Below are positions 17,488 to 25,490 of a DNA stretch of 26,882 nucleotides, one piece after another (positions within the stretch are counted from its first letter, which is position 1; every line of letters starts with the position of its first letter). The DNA comes from a virus. Its lineage: Duplodnaviria; Caudoviricetes. Made by a program: the position numbers and the translations under genes. The notes under the pieces were generated by a model, which was not told the DNA's origin, made no database searches, and saw only the letters and a program-made list of their open reading frames with translations. The stretch spans positions 1 through 26,882 of IMG/VR virus record IMGVR_UViG_3300037470_000106, one strand, 5' to 3'.

Positions 17488-19869
17488 TTAGATTCCCTTG
17501 CCTTCTTTCTTGGCGTACGTAATCTCGGTATTGAACTTGTCTAGGTCAGCCTGCTTGAGCAGCCGCTTAGTTTCCTCGCCCATTACGGAGATGTTCAGCT
17601 TAGCCGCAATCTGGGCCTGAGTCGCTTGCTGATCCGCCGCCAGCTTGTTCAGCATGTCTTCACGCTGCATCTGGGCGATCAGGAGCTTGATCTGGTTCTC
17701 GTGCTGACGAGCCATGATCTCGCGGCTCTCCTTGTCAACCCGAGCCTCCTCGATAGCCGACCGCATATTCATTTCCTCGGTCTTCAACTCCCTGTCTAGG
17801 GCGTTCTTCTCAAGAGCAGCATCGGCCTGCTTCATGCGAGCCTGTGCTTCGATCAGCTTCGGATCGGGAGCTTGCTGCATAGCCGCCTGTTTCTCGGCCA
17901 TCTCTTTTTCGACCTGCTCCACCGGCTTCAGAATGTCGCCTACGCGGGTCGTGAGCACCCACTCGCGGAACGCGCGCGGGAGATCAATCTGCATGATGAA
18001 GTCTTCGTTAGAGCCAGCCATGCCCATGATTCGCTCCAAGTCTTGAGACTTGATCTGCTTGTCAATGCGCTGCGTGGCTCCGCCAGCCATGACCTCGTAA
18101 TCCCCCTTCAGGGACTCGTCATCTCCGTACTGCATCTCGTAGTGGTAGAAGCGCTCAACGATGGGCACGGTGATATCGTCGTCCCACTTCTCACTGAGCC
18201 GCTGCTGGATCACGTTCGCTGCGGTCAGGACCATAGCCATGCCCCCAAACGTAACGTTGTCGGCCTTCGGCATTTCGCCCTGCTGAATCTGCGGCAACGA
18301 GGATTCGATATCCGCAAAGTTCAGAGACATCTCGATGATGTTGGCAATACTGTCCTGCTGTGTGGGGACATTCACGAACTGCATGGCTTTGTTTACATCT
18401 TCGCCATACTCCGTCATGAACCACACCTTCATCGGACGGATAGCCCAGCCCTCGGCCTTGTTGGCCGGCTGAATCATCTCTTTGTTCAGTATGATCTGCG
18501 GGCCAGCCGTCAGTCCGGCGTTGTCCAATAGCATAAGCCACGAGCTGTTCATGACCCGCGCCGCGTGGCGCATCAGGTACGGAACACCGTGGCCGAAGAT
18601 GCTAGATGGATCGTCTTCCCATGTGCAGAAGAAATACGGAATGCGGTCTTCTCCCTCAATCGGGGAGACCGATACTCGAATGACGCGGTTGTTGACAAAC
18701 CAGACCTCGCCCTGTACCATGACTAGGGGATCGTCTTTGTCTTTCTCGTCAATCAAGTCAAGTTCAAAAAGGACTTCCTTGTCCATTGGGCCGTGGTATT
18801 CCATTACACAAAAGCGCTTGTCTAATGCATCCTCGTGTGTGCCCATGATCGGAAGAATGTGTGACTTGGCTACATGGCCAGTCAACGGCTCCTCCATCAG
18901 GCACTCGCGGATACGGTTCTGCATGAACGCCTTGTGGAAGGCGAGCCCGCGCAGCTCCTGACGAGTCATCAGATGGAGCTCGAAGACATCCTCAATGGTA
19001 GTACCCGCGCGAGCGCTCGGGTCCGGGAAGACCATACGAGTATCGACCCACTGTACGGTGGGGATCACGTCGTTGGAGTACTGCATCTCGAAGATCGTCT
19101 TGCCCTCAGCGTCTTTCAGGGGCTTGTACGACCGGCGGCGTTTGGGAACCAGGACCGGAGCCTTCAAGCACGCTGTGCCTAGTACGCCCCACTGCTCCAT
19201 AGCCTTGCGGCTCTTCTTGGCCCAGTCAGTTTCTACAAAGCGGTCGTGGATTTTGCGTTCCATCCGGCGAGCACGATCCTGCGATTTCTTGATGGCGGCG
19301 TGCGCGGCTTCCCCAATGGTCATAGGGGCTGGAGCCTCGGGCATAACTGCTGCGGCCGGGTCTTGTGCAGGCATTGCGCCCGGAGGACCTTGTGGAGCCA
19401 TTCCAGGAGGGCCTGCCATAGGCGGCATCGGAGCTGGAGCAGGCTCTGCTACTGGCAGCGGTTCATCGCTGTTAGCCAGTTCTAGAAGCTCGGGAACGGG
19501 CGTAGGCCCGACCGAGAAGTTGAAGTCCCCGCCTAGCGGAAACTGAATGTCTTGCAATCGCGCAATGGCGATGTTGGTCTTGGGACGGGTAATGTTAACA
19601 GCCGGCAGTTCGCCACCACGAACCTCGCGGAGAGCTGCCAGCTTCTTGTCGTCAATGGCCATCTGAGAGCCGTTGTACAGCTCCTCAGCGATCTGCCACT
19701 CCCGCTCCTTGTCGTAGCGCTTGCCTACGTATTCGGAGAGCTTGTGGTTCAGCTGGCTGGCCAGCATCTCCAGAGCAGCATTGTTCTGGTGCTCCTTCTT
19801 GGACGGGCTAACCTTGCTGTCGTTATCCGGCCTAGCTTTGTCGAGAGGTAGGTCTAAATTCTGAGGCAC
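17488..19869 (-). CDS. Portal protein, 793 aa
   Basis: Follows terminase; VNITRPKTNIAIARLQDIQFP, VLGTACLKAP, SIFGHGVPYLMR, LLDNAGLTAGPQ, TFGGMAMVL; long Q/E-rich coiled-coil C-terminus; GTG start with GGAG SD. Confidence 0.9.
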   Translation of the reverse strand: MPQNLDLPLDKARPDNDSKVSPSKKEHQNNAALEMLASQLNHKLSEYVGKRYDKEREWQIAEELYNGSQMAIDDKKLAALREVRGGELPAVNITRPKTNIAIARLQDIQFPLGGDFNFSVGPTPVPELLELANSDEPLPVAEPAPAPMPPMAGPPGMAPQGPPGAMPAQDPAAAVMPEAPAPMTIGEAAHAAIKKSQDRARRMERKIHDRFVETDWAKKSRKAMEQWGVLGTACLKAPVLVPKRRRSYKPLKDAEGKTIFEMQYSNDVIPTVQWVDTRMVFPDPSARAGTTIEDVFELHLMTRQELRGLAFHKAFMQNRIRECLMEEPLTGHVAKSHILPIMGTHEDALDKRFCVMEYHGPMDKEVLFELDLIDEKDKDDPLVMVQGEVWFVNNRVIRVSVSPIEGEDRIPYFFCTWEDDPSSIFGHGVPYLMRHAARVMNSSWLMLLDNAGLTAGPQIILNKEMIQPANKAEGWAIRPMKVWFMTEYGEDVNKAMQFVNVPTQQDSIANIIEMSLNFADIESSLPQIQQGEMPKADNVTFGGMAMVLTAANVIQQRLSEKWDDDITVPIVERFYHYEMQYGDDESLKGDYEVMAGGATQRIDKQIKSQDLERIMGMAGSNEDFIMQIDLPRAFREWVLTTRVGDILKPVEQVEKEMAEKQAAMQQAPDPKLIEAQARMKQADAALEKNALDRELKTEEMNMRSAIEEARVDKESREIMARQHENQIKLLIAQMQREDMLNKLAADQQATQAQIAAKLNISVMGEETKRLLKQADLDKFNTEITYAKKEGKGI

Positions 19870-19872
19870 AGG

Positions 19873-20652
19873 TTATACTCCGTAATCTCGGGACGACGTG
19901 CCCATAGTGGGCTCCCGGTTGATCTGGCGAGCGTACGCCAATCCACTCTGCATTGCGTATCGTGTGGCGTCCATGAGATGGTCCTTTTGTTTGATGATGT
20001 TACCCTTCTCGTCTCTGCGGTACATCCGATACTCTTCTAGCCACTGGGACATAACGCCCTTGAACACCTTGAGACGACCAGTAGACAGGCGCGAGTACAC
20101 GCTGTAAATGCCGGCTTCTACTGAGTTATCGGCAGCTACGATCTTGAGACCTAGCTTGCGGTACAGCTTGATAAGCTGCTGTCCGTCAACTTGGCTACGA
20201 CCACGAGAGGCCGGATCAATGGCACCCACCCACGTAGTAGTGGGCAGGTTGCGGCGGTTGACCGCTGCGGCGTGAATCTCGGGCTCGGACTTTTCCCGCT
20301 TGTAACAGTCGTAAAGGTATACTGTGTCATTGTCCTTGTCCCACGCGAACCACACCACTGCGGTATAGTTCCAGCCCACGTCCATCCCGTACCCCCGGTA
20401 GTACCAGGGCTTAATCTGGAACGGTTCTATCAGGAACTCGTCAGGATTGACCGGATAGATGGCACCTGAACCCAGGTGGGGGATGCCTTGCGATCTGGCT
20501 TCTCTGAGATGCGGCTCGCAGGAGGCGAGAAGTTCGCCTTTCTCTTGCTCGTCTAGGTGCGGTGCGTCATCCCACCCCGCAGATACGATAGCCTTATTCA
20601 GTACTGCCTGTTTCTCGATCGCGCTGAATTTCTCTAGCGATTTCTGTTGCAT
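19873..20652 (-). CDS. terL: Terminase large subunit, nuclease half, 259 aa
   Basis: AGWDDAPHL, EARSQGIPHLGSGAIYP, GMDVGWNYTAVVW, IDPASRGR, YRRDEKG, DHLMDATRY (RNase H-like terminase nuclease). +1 frame relative to the ATPase half, 59-nt overlap. Confidence 0.9.
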   Translation of the reverse strand: MQQKSLEKFSAIEKQAVLNKAIVSAGWDDAPHLDEQEKGELLASCEPHLREARSQGIPHLGSGAIYPVNPDEFLIEPFQIKPWYYRGYGMDVGWNYTAVVWFAWDKDNDTVYLYDCYKREKSEPEIHAAAVNRRNLPTTTWVGAIDPASRGRSQVDGQQLIKLYRKLGLKIVAADNSVEAGIYSVYSRLSTGRLKVFKGVMSQWLEEYRMYRRDEKGNIIKQKDHLMDATRYAMQSGLAYARQINREPTMGTSSRDYGV

Positions 20653-21469
20653 TCAAAAATTCCTGTACGAATGGCGTAATACCTTGCAGCGGAGTGAATG
20701 TTACGTACACGATTCCTCCTACAAACTCGCCGGTCTTGGCGGTACGCATGAGGCACTCGCCGTAAACTTCAATCGGCGGTTCTTCATCCAGCCAGATAGC
20801 GTGCTTTTGTGTACCTTGAAACGCCCGTCGTTTCTGGTCATATGATTTAAAGCCCAGCTTACTAATCTGACCGCTGGTGTGCCGTACCCTAACCAGGTCT
20901 ACGGCCCCACCACCACCAGGACGCATCCGTACATCGACGATGCAATCCCGAGGTATCATTCCGGTACCCCAGTCGGCATTATCTCCGAGCATCTTGGCTT
21001 GTACGATGTCTCGGGTGGTCTGCCCGGTATCTCCGGAAGCCCAACAATCGGTAGCAGTAAAGAACCTTCGACCAGTCCACCAGTGGGGATACATCCCCGT
21101 AAGGTGGCAGGCCATCTCGTACCCACCTGCGATCGACTTACCAACACGGTTGCCGGCCATGAAGACCCGCTCACGCTTAGTAGCGCCGTAGGCGAGGAAC
21201 TGTATGTGCTTTACATACTTGTCATACGAGTAGGGTCCCTCATCTGGAAAGAATCGCAGGTGACCTGCGTAATCCTTCCTACGCTCCAGCTCATCCAGAG
21301 CCCGCAACATCTCCACCTTTTCTGTATACGACAGAGTGTTGCCGGGGCGTTCTGCTACCGCTCCCTCCAAACTTAACACGTGTTCGGAGATCGCTACAAT
21401 ATCGTCCGGATTATCGGATTCTAGCGGTGCTCCAAACGCGTCTAGTATTACGCTGTGATGGTCTGTCAT
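20594..21469 (-). CDS. terL: Terminase large subunit, ATPase half, 291 aa
   Basis: Walker A AGNRVGKS, Walker B IWLDEE, coupling motif TFTP; stops shortly after motif C. Confidence 0.92.
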   Translation of the reverse strand: MTDHHSVILDAFGAPLESDNPDDIVAISEHVLSLEGAVAERPGNTLSYTEKVEMLRALDELERRKDYAGHLRFFPDEGPYSYDKYVKHIQFLAYGATKRERVFMAGNRVGKSIAGGYEMACHLTGMYPHWWTGRRFFTATDCWASGDTGQTTRDIVQAKMLGDNADWGTGMIPRDCIVDVRMRPGGGGAVDLVRVRHTSGQISKLGFKSYDQKRRAFQGTQKHAIWLDEEPPIEVYGECLMRTAKTGEFVGGIVYVTFTPLQGITPFVQEFLNATEIAREIQRDRETGSTE

Positions 21470-21489
21470 AATGATCCAATAACGAAGTG

Positions 21490-21549
21490 GGGGGCGGAAC
21501 CGCTGGAGGGAGGGGGCGCATAAGCGCCACGGTCCCGGCCCCCGAACCG
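21490..21549 (-). promoter_or_regulatory. GC-rich branched RNA structure between terS and terL
   Basis: Outer imperfect stem 21490-21502/21530-21543; inner GGCGC-TTAT-GCGCC hairpin at 21515-21528. Confidence 0.5.
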
Positions 21550-21966
21550 TTAAACCTTAGCGACCTTGCGGAACTTCTTCAGCGCTTCTTGAATGCGCGT
21601 ATCAAGTTCCTCAGAAGTCAGGTCCTCCGAATCCTTAGTAGTGGTAGTAGTCTTCTCAGACCAACCAAACCGATTCTTCATCACCATGTACCACAAATTA
21701 CCATTGAACGTGCGGTTATCTAGGTTGAGACGACCGATCTTATACCACCACGCTTTCTGCATCATACGACCGAAATCTACTACTTCCTTGAATACGCTAG
21801 TATTCGGGTCGGAGTAGAGCTTGTCGAAGAGGCCCTTGGTTATACGCAACTCGGCCATTACCTCGATATCCGAGGCACCGGCCATGTACTCAGTTGCTAG
21901 GGTCTTCTCCCAGCCCTTCGGTAGTTTCGCAAGAAGCGGATTCACTGTCGTTGCTTCGTTCATCAT
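21550..21966 (-). CDS. terS: Terminase small subunit, 138 aa
   Basis: Directly upstream of terL; HTH-like N-terminus, then AWWYKIGRLNL...FNGNLWYMVMKNRFGWSEK; GAGGAGAG SD. Confidence 0.8.
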   Translation of the reverse strand: MMNEATTVNPLLAKLPKGWEKTLATEYMAGASDIEVMAELRITKGLFDKLYSDPNTSVFKEVVDFGRMMQKAWWYKIGRLNLDNRTFNGNLWYMVMKNRFGWSEKTTTTTKDSEDLTSEELDTRIQEALKKFRKVAKV

Positions 21967-22276
21967 TACTCTCCTCTAGTCCTTCCAACGGTCCCGGCTG
22001 CGGCAGTGCTGCCTTGGGCAACTCGTAATCCAACCAAGGAGTGTTGCCTTCGGTAAACAGCATAGCAATCGGAGCTGAGACTACATTTCCCGGACTATCA
22101 GGAGCCGGACTCATCACACAAATTACGGTAACAGGTTCCTTGCTCTCTTGGTGGTGGCAAACAATTGCCACTAGCTGATCGGCTTTCGCTGCTCGAATGA
22201 GCGTAGCCGTGGCCTGTATAACGTCTTGGTTCTCTTCAACTGGTGTATCAGCCAGTACTGCTACTTGTACATTCAT
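21890..22276 (-). CDS. Hypothetical protein, 128 aa
   Basis: GGGAGG SD; 3' end overlaps terS by 77 nt. Confidence 0.6.
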   Translation of the reverse strand: MNVQVAVLADTPVEENQDVIQATATLIRAAKADQLVAIVCHHQESKEPVTVICVMSPAPDSPGNVVSAPIAMLFTEGNTPWLDYELPKAALPQPGPLEGLEESNDERSNDSESASCETTEGLGEDPSN

Positions 22277-22296
22277 ACTACCATCCTCCCAGATGT

Positions 22297-22324
22297 GGGG
22301 GGAGGGGAACAGTCCCCTCCCCCC
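22297..22324 (-). promoter_or_regulatory. Perfect 12-bp hairpin after the 197-aa gene
   Basis: mRNA strand GGGGGGAGGGGA-CTGT-TCCCCTCCCCCC; no U-tract. Confidence 0.6.
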
Positions 22325-22333
22325 GTGTTGCTA

Positions 22334-22927
22334 TTATGCGCGGTAACCAACCAGCTCGATCTCTACGATACCTGCGGTATACGTAGCATCAGCGCCGGTA
22401 GCACCGACCAAGTAAATGTACGGCTTGGCCATATCGAACGCCGTAAAGTTGTCCGTGTCACCAGCTGCGATGTTGCCAGAGTTCACGACAGTCGTGCCCG
22501 AAGTAGGCGCGGCGTCTTCCGCCGTGGTGCCCGTAGCCGACAGCACTACGTCGATGTCATCATCGCCGGTAAGTGGGGTCTCATACGTAAACAGACGTCC
22601 ACCAATCACTGTGCCGCACTCGGCTTCCGTTACATGGAAGATGGCGGCAGAATCCGTGCTGGCGTCCACACCGATCACGTCACCCGCTCCGCCCGAGTTC
22701 AGGCCGGTCAGATCGACAAGAATGCGGGTGTACACGAGGTCGCCCTTCTCTTCGATGGCTACCTTGTACGCGCCCGCAGCTGCCTGCAGCGAAGCAGCGG
22801 CCTGATTGGCGGCGGCCGGTGAATCTCCGAGAGCCGTACGAGCCAGCTCACGCAGGGTGCGCTTCTGCTCAAGCGTAAAACCCGCCGTGCGATTAATGGT
22901 ATTTCTGATATCATTGTATTGCGACAT
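22334..22927 (-). CDS. Putative virion structural/decoration protein, 197 aa
   Basis: TGAGGAG SD, TAA TAG stops, downstream hairpin; Ala/Gly/Thr-rich beta protein ending YTAGIVEIELVG. Confidence 0.65.
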   Translation of the reverse strand: MSQYNDIRNTINRTAGFTLEQKRTLRELARTALGDSPAAANQAAASLQAAAGAYKVAIEEKGDLVYTRILVDLTGLNSGGAGDVIGVDASTDSAAIFHVTEAECGTVIGGRLFTYETPLTGDDDIDVVLSATGTTAEDAAPTSGTTVVNSGNIAAGDTDNFTAFDMAKPYIYLVGATGADATYTAGIVEIELVGYRA

Positions 22928-22943
22928 TTTTCTATCTCCTCAA

Positions 22944-23011
22944 CAGGGTCTTAGCCCTGAGTCTCTGTTTAACCCCATGTTAGTGGGGAAGATTCGGGCA
23001 ATATGCCCAAA
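22944..23011 (-). promoter_or_regulatory. Three tandem small hairpins in the leader of the 197-aa gene
   Basis: mRNA strand GGGCA-TAT-TGCCC, CCCCA-CTAACA-TGGGG, CAGGG-CTAAGA-CCCTG, then the SD. Confidence 0.5.
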
Positions 23012-23018
23012 ATTGGTA

Positions 23019-23603
23019 TTACGCGAGGCGCTCCGCGTACATCGTAACTCTCTTGGTAGACTCCGATCCAGCAACCGGGCTACCCGCCCCGTCGTCTGTA
23101 GCTACAGTCACGTCTATAACGACGTGTTGCTCTGTGCCATCAGCTACTGTGTCGTCAATCTCGATGTTGGCCCTGAACAGATCGACCCAGACTCCCTCTT
23201 GTCCCGGAGTGTAGTTAAGCGTTATAGCAGCACTGCCAGAAAGCACAGACACTACCTCATACTTGACAAGATACTCGCCGGTATTGAACGCAGTTGCGTC
23301 ATCGTGGATGACATCTCCAAACCCGAGGGTATCTGCGTCGATCCAGTACCCAACCGAGGAATGGAACGGAGCTTGTACTTTGCCGTTAGACCCCTCGTAA
23401 AAGTACAGGTTATTGTACGCTGTAGAGGAGGCCTCAACTACTGTAGAGGTAAGGGGAGTAGAATCCCATACGATGTTCGGATCGTTGGAGCCTTCCTCTA
23501 CCACAGGAGGCCGGGTCTTCTTCGGCTTCTTAGGTGGTCGATTGATGGGCCGTGTAACTCTTTTGATTACCGGGCCTATAACGGTGTAGGTACTGTCGCT
23601 CAC
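23019..23603 (-). CDS. Putative virion accessory protein, 194 aa
   Basis: GTG overlaps the upstream TGA; basic N-terminus resembling the 58-aa ORF, followed by an acidic beta-rich domain. Confidence 0.65.
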   Translation of the reverse strand: MSDSTYTVIGPVIKRVTRPINRPPKKPKKTRPPVVEEGSNDPNIVWDSTPLTSTVVEASSTAYNNLYFYEGSNGKVQAPFHSSVGYWIDADTLGFGDVIHDDATAFNTGEYLVKYEVVSVLSGSAAITLNYTPGQEGVWVDLFRANIEIDDTVADGTEQHVVIDVTVATDDGAGSPVAGSESTKRVTMYAERLA

Positions 23604-23899
23604 TTAACAACATGCTCCCAACTCTCGTACATCGCGTGACACTTTTCGTGTTGTAGGGCAAAGTCATCGGTGGCCCAAATAATATACTCGCCAACATCTA
23701 CGGCCATGGTACACCCGCGCGCAGGCTTGAATGGCCTCCGGCACTCTGCTTGCACCTGCTCCGGCGTCCCGATGCGCTGCTCCACAATGCGCCCGGTTAC
23801 GGGCGTTTCGGCGGGCACGTTGACCCCGTAGCGTTCGCAGTCGTAGGCGCAGCCGCTAAGTAGGCTCAATAGGAGTAATACCAGCACTTGCCTGCTCAT
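23600..23899 (-). CDS. Lipoprotein with HExxH motif, 99 aa
   Basis: Signal peptide MSRQVLVLLLLSL with lipobox LSG-C17; QHEKCH near the C-terminus. Confidence 0.75.
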   Translation of the reverse strand: MSRQVLVLLLLSLLSGCAYDCERYGVNVPAETPVTGRIVEQRIGTPEQVQAECRRPFKPARGCTMAVDVGEYIIWATDDFALQHEKCHAMYESWEHVVK

Positions 23900-24059
23900 T
23901 CGCCAGCCTCGTCTCGTAGCTGTGAACCTCGTTCTTAAGCTGCTCGATCAGCCATGCCTTGACATCGGCCCCGGTCGTTTCGGGTCCGAGCCGGTCACGC
24001 ATTGCGGCGATGATACGAGCGTCATTCTCTGCTGAGGTGGTGATGGTGAGTGTTGCCAT
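23856..24059 (-). CDS. Small helical protein after the fibre gene (possible fibre chaperone), 67 aa
   Basis: ATG 1 nt after the fibre stop; function from position only. Confidence 0.6.
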   Translation of the reverse strand: MATLTITTSAENDARIIAAMRDRLGPETTGADVKAWLIEQLKNEVHSYETRLANEQASAGITPIEPT

Positions 24060-24060
24060 G

Positions 24061-25299
24061 TCAGATTCCTATCACTGTCCAATTGGAGCCGTTGTACCAA
24101 ACCAACGCAGCCGCTGCGCCGCCGCCTGTTACCGTTGAGCCAACGGCGGGCGTGTCGGCATCAGTAACGCGAGCCAACATTCCTACAGTTGGTGTTCCGG
24201 GCAGGGTGGCAACAGTGTGCGCCCCCGCCATGCGAACAACGCCTTTTGTCCCGGTGCCGGTCGCGGTCCCGCCTTCCAGCAAGACATCGCCGCCCGTTCG
24301 GTTGGTTGCGCCACCATTGCCCCCCAAAAGACGCAAGTGGGCGCCGTTTCTGTCACGGTTGGCGTTGTAGTCGGCTTGAAAATCGTAAGTGCGCTGAGTG
24401 GCGTCGTTGTAGCCGATAGCCAGCGGTTTGCTTCCGTCCGCCGTGCCTATAGTTAAGCCCGTCGAGTTGAAGCGTATTGCAGTATTGGCCGCTGCGGTAA
24501 TATCGCCAAAATGAATCGATCCGGATGAGTTTGAGCCAAGTATCACCAGCTTATCGTTAGCCCCACCAACACCGAATCGGCCCAGCTCAAGTGCCGCACT
24601 GGCACCACTACTGTACAACTTGGCCGCGTTCATGGTCGCGTTCGGCCCAAGAATTAAGCCGTCTGTGTGGGCCTTGCCCAGAGACATAACCTCTGTTCCG
24701 TTATTCTTCCAATTCGCCAGCTTGGCCCCGCTGGTGGCGTAGCTAACCGCCGTATCGTAGGACCATGCAACGGCACTGGCTCCATCGGCCACGTCGCTAT
24801 CGAACGTTCCCGCGTCCGTGCGAAACTCGCCGGTCATGTCTACGGTGCCGTCGGCTTTGAAGTCGCCGCCACCCCCGCCAGCGCCCAGCGTGGTATCCGT
24901 TCCGGCATCGTCGGTAAATATCAGCGTCGAGGGCGTGGTGCTCTTACACCACACATACCCCTTGCCCGCTGCCGGGGTGCTGGTGTGATCGGCAGCTTCA
25001 GCAAATACGAGATCGCCCGTCATTTCGCCAGAGCCGTCTGCGGGCAGAGCGGCATCAGCGGTGCTGCCCTGCGCTGCTGTAGCGTAGTCGGTCGGGTCGA
25101 AGGCTTTGACGGCGGCAAGGTTCGTTACCTCGCTGTCCATCAGCGCGCCCGCAGCCGTTACATTAGTCGCGTCAGTTACGTCAGCAGCAGCCTCAATGTT
25201 AGTCAACTTGGTCTTTTCCGCATCGGTGAAGGCGTTGGTATCAGCCACCCCTTCGTACGCGGTTTTGATTACCGAACCTAGTGTGCTTAGCTCTGCCAT
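24061..25299 (-). CDS. Fibre-like protein (tail or head fibre), 412 aa
   Basis: Ala/Gly/Thr-rich; fibre-shaft-like TNAFTDAEKTKL and DYATAAQGSTADAAL; GGNGG...GGDVLLEGG repeats; C-terminal TVATLP...VWYNGSNW. Confidence 0.8.
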   Translation of the reverse strand: MAELSTLGSVIKTAYEGVADTNAFTDAEKTKLTNIEAAADVTDATNVTAAGALMDSEVTNLAAVKAFDPTDYATAAQGSTADAALPADGSGEMTGDLVFAEAADHTSTPAAGKGYVWCKSTTPSTLIFTDDAGTDTTLGAGGGGGDFKADGTVDMTGEFRTDAGTFDSDVADGASAVAWSYDTAVSYATSGAKLANWKNNGTEVMSLGKAHTDGLILGPNATMNAAKLYSSGASAALELGRFGVGGANDKLVILGSNSSGSIHFGDITAAANTAIRFNSTGLTIGTADGSKPLAIGYNDATQRTYDFQADYNANRDRNGAHLRLLGGNGGATNRTGGDVLLEGGTATGTGTKGVVRMAGAHTVATLPGTPTVGMLARVTDADTPAVGSTVTGGGAAAALVWYNGSNWTVIGI

Positions 25300-25310
25300 A
25301 AGTTATACCT

Positions 25311-25487
25311 TTAAGTTGTGTGGGTAACTACCACCGAAGAATTGGTAACATTCTCCCCGCCGTTCGTTACATTTTCGGTAGACCCAGAACTTCCGCCCCC
25401 GGTTGTGGGATTTTTTGGAGAAGAGTTAACCTGCCGAGATACCTTTCGGACCACGGGTGCTACTACTGGGTAGGATAACGCAGACAT
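25311..25487 (-). CDS. 58-aa ORF absent from the track; putative linker peptide
   Basis: MSALSYPVVAPVVRKVSRQVNSSPKNPTTGGGSSGSTENVTNGGENVTNSSVVVTHTT; ATG 3 nt after the upstream stop; fills the gap; N-terminus similar to 23019..23603. Confidence 0.75.
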   Translation of the reverse strand: MSALSYPVVAPVVRKVSRQVNSSPKNPTTGGGSSGSTENVTNGGENVTNSSVVVTHTT

Positions 25488-25490
25488 ACC

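Noticed and set aside
14616-22324. Intrinsic terminator calls for the three GC-rich hairpins
   Set aside because: None has a U-tract on the coding strand.
3358-23437. Short nested minus-strand ORFs in alternative frames (e.g. 3358..3555, 16175..16576, 18191..18541)
   Set aside because: They lie within better-supported genes and have no motif support.
23600-24059. Rz/Rz1 spanin pair
   Set aside because: The 67-aa partner has no transmembrane anchor, and no holin or endolysin is adjacent.
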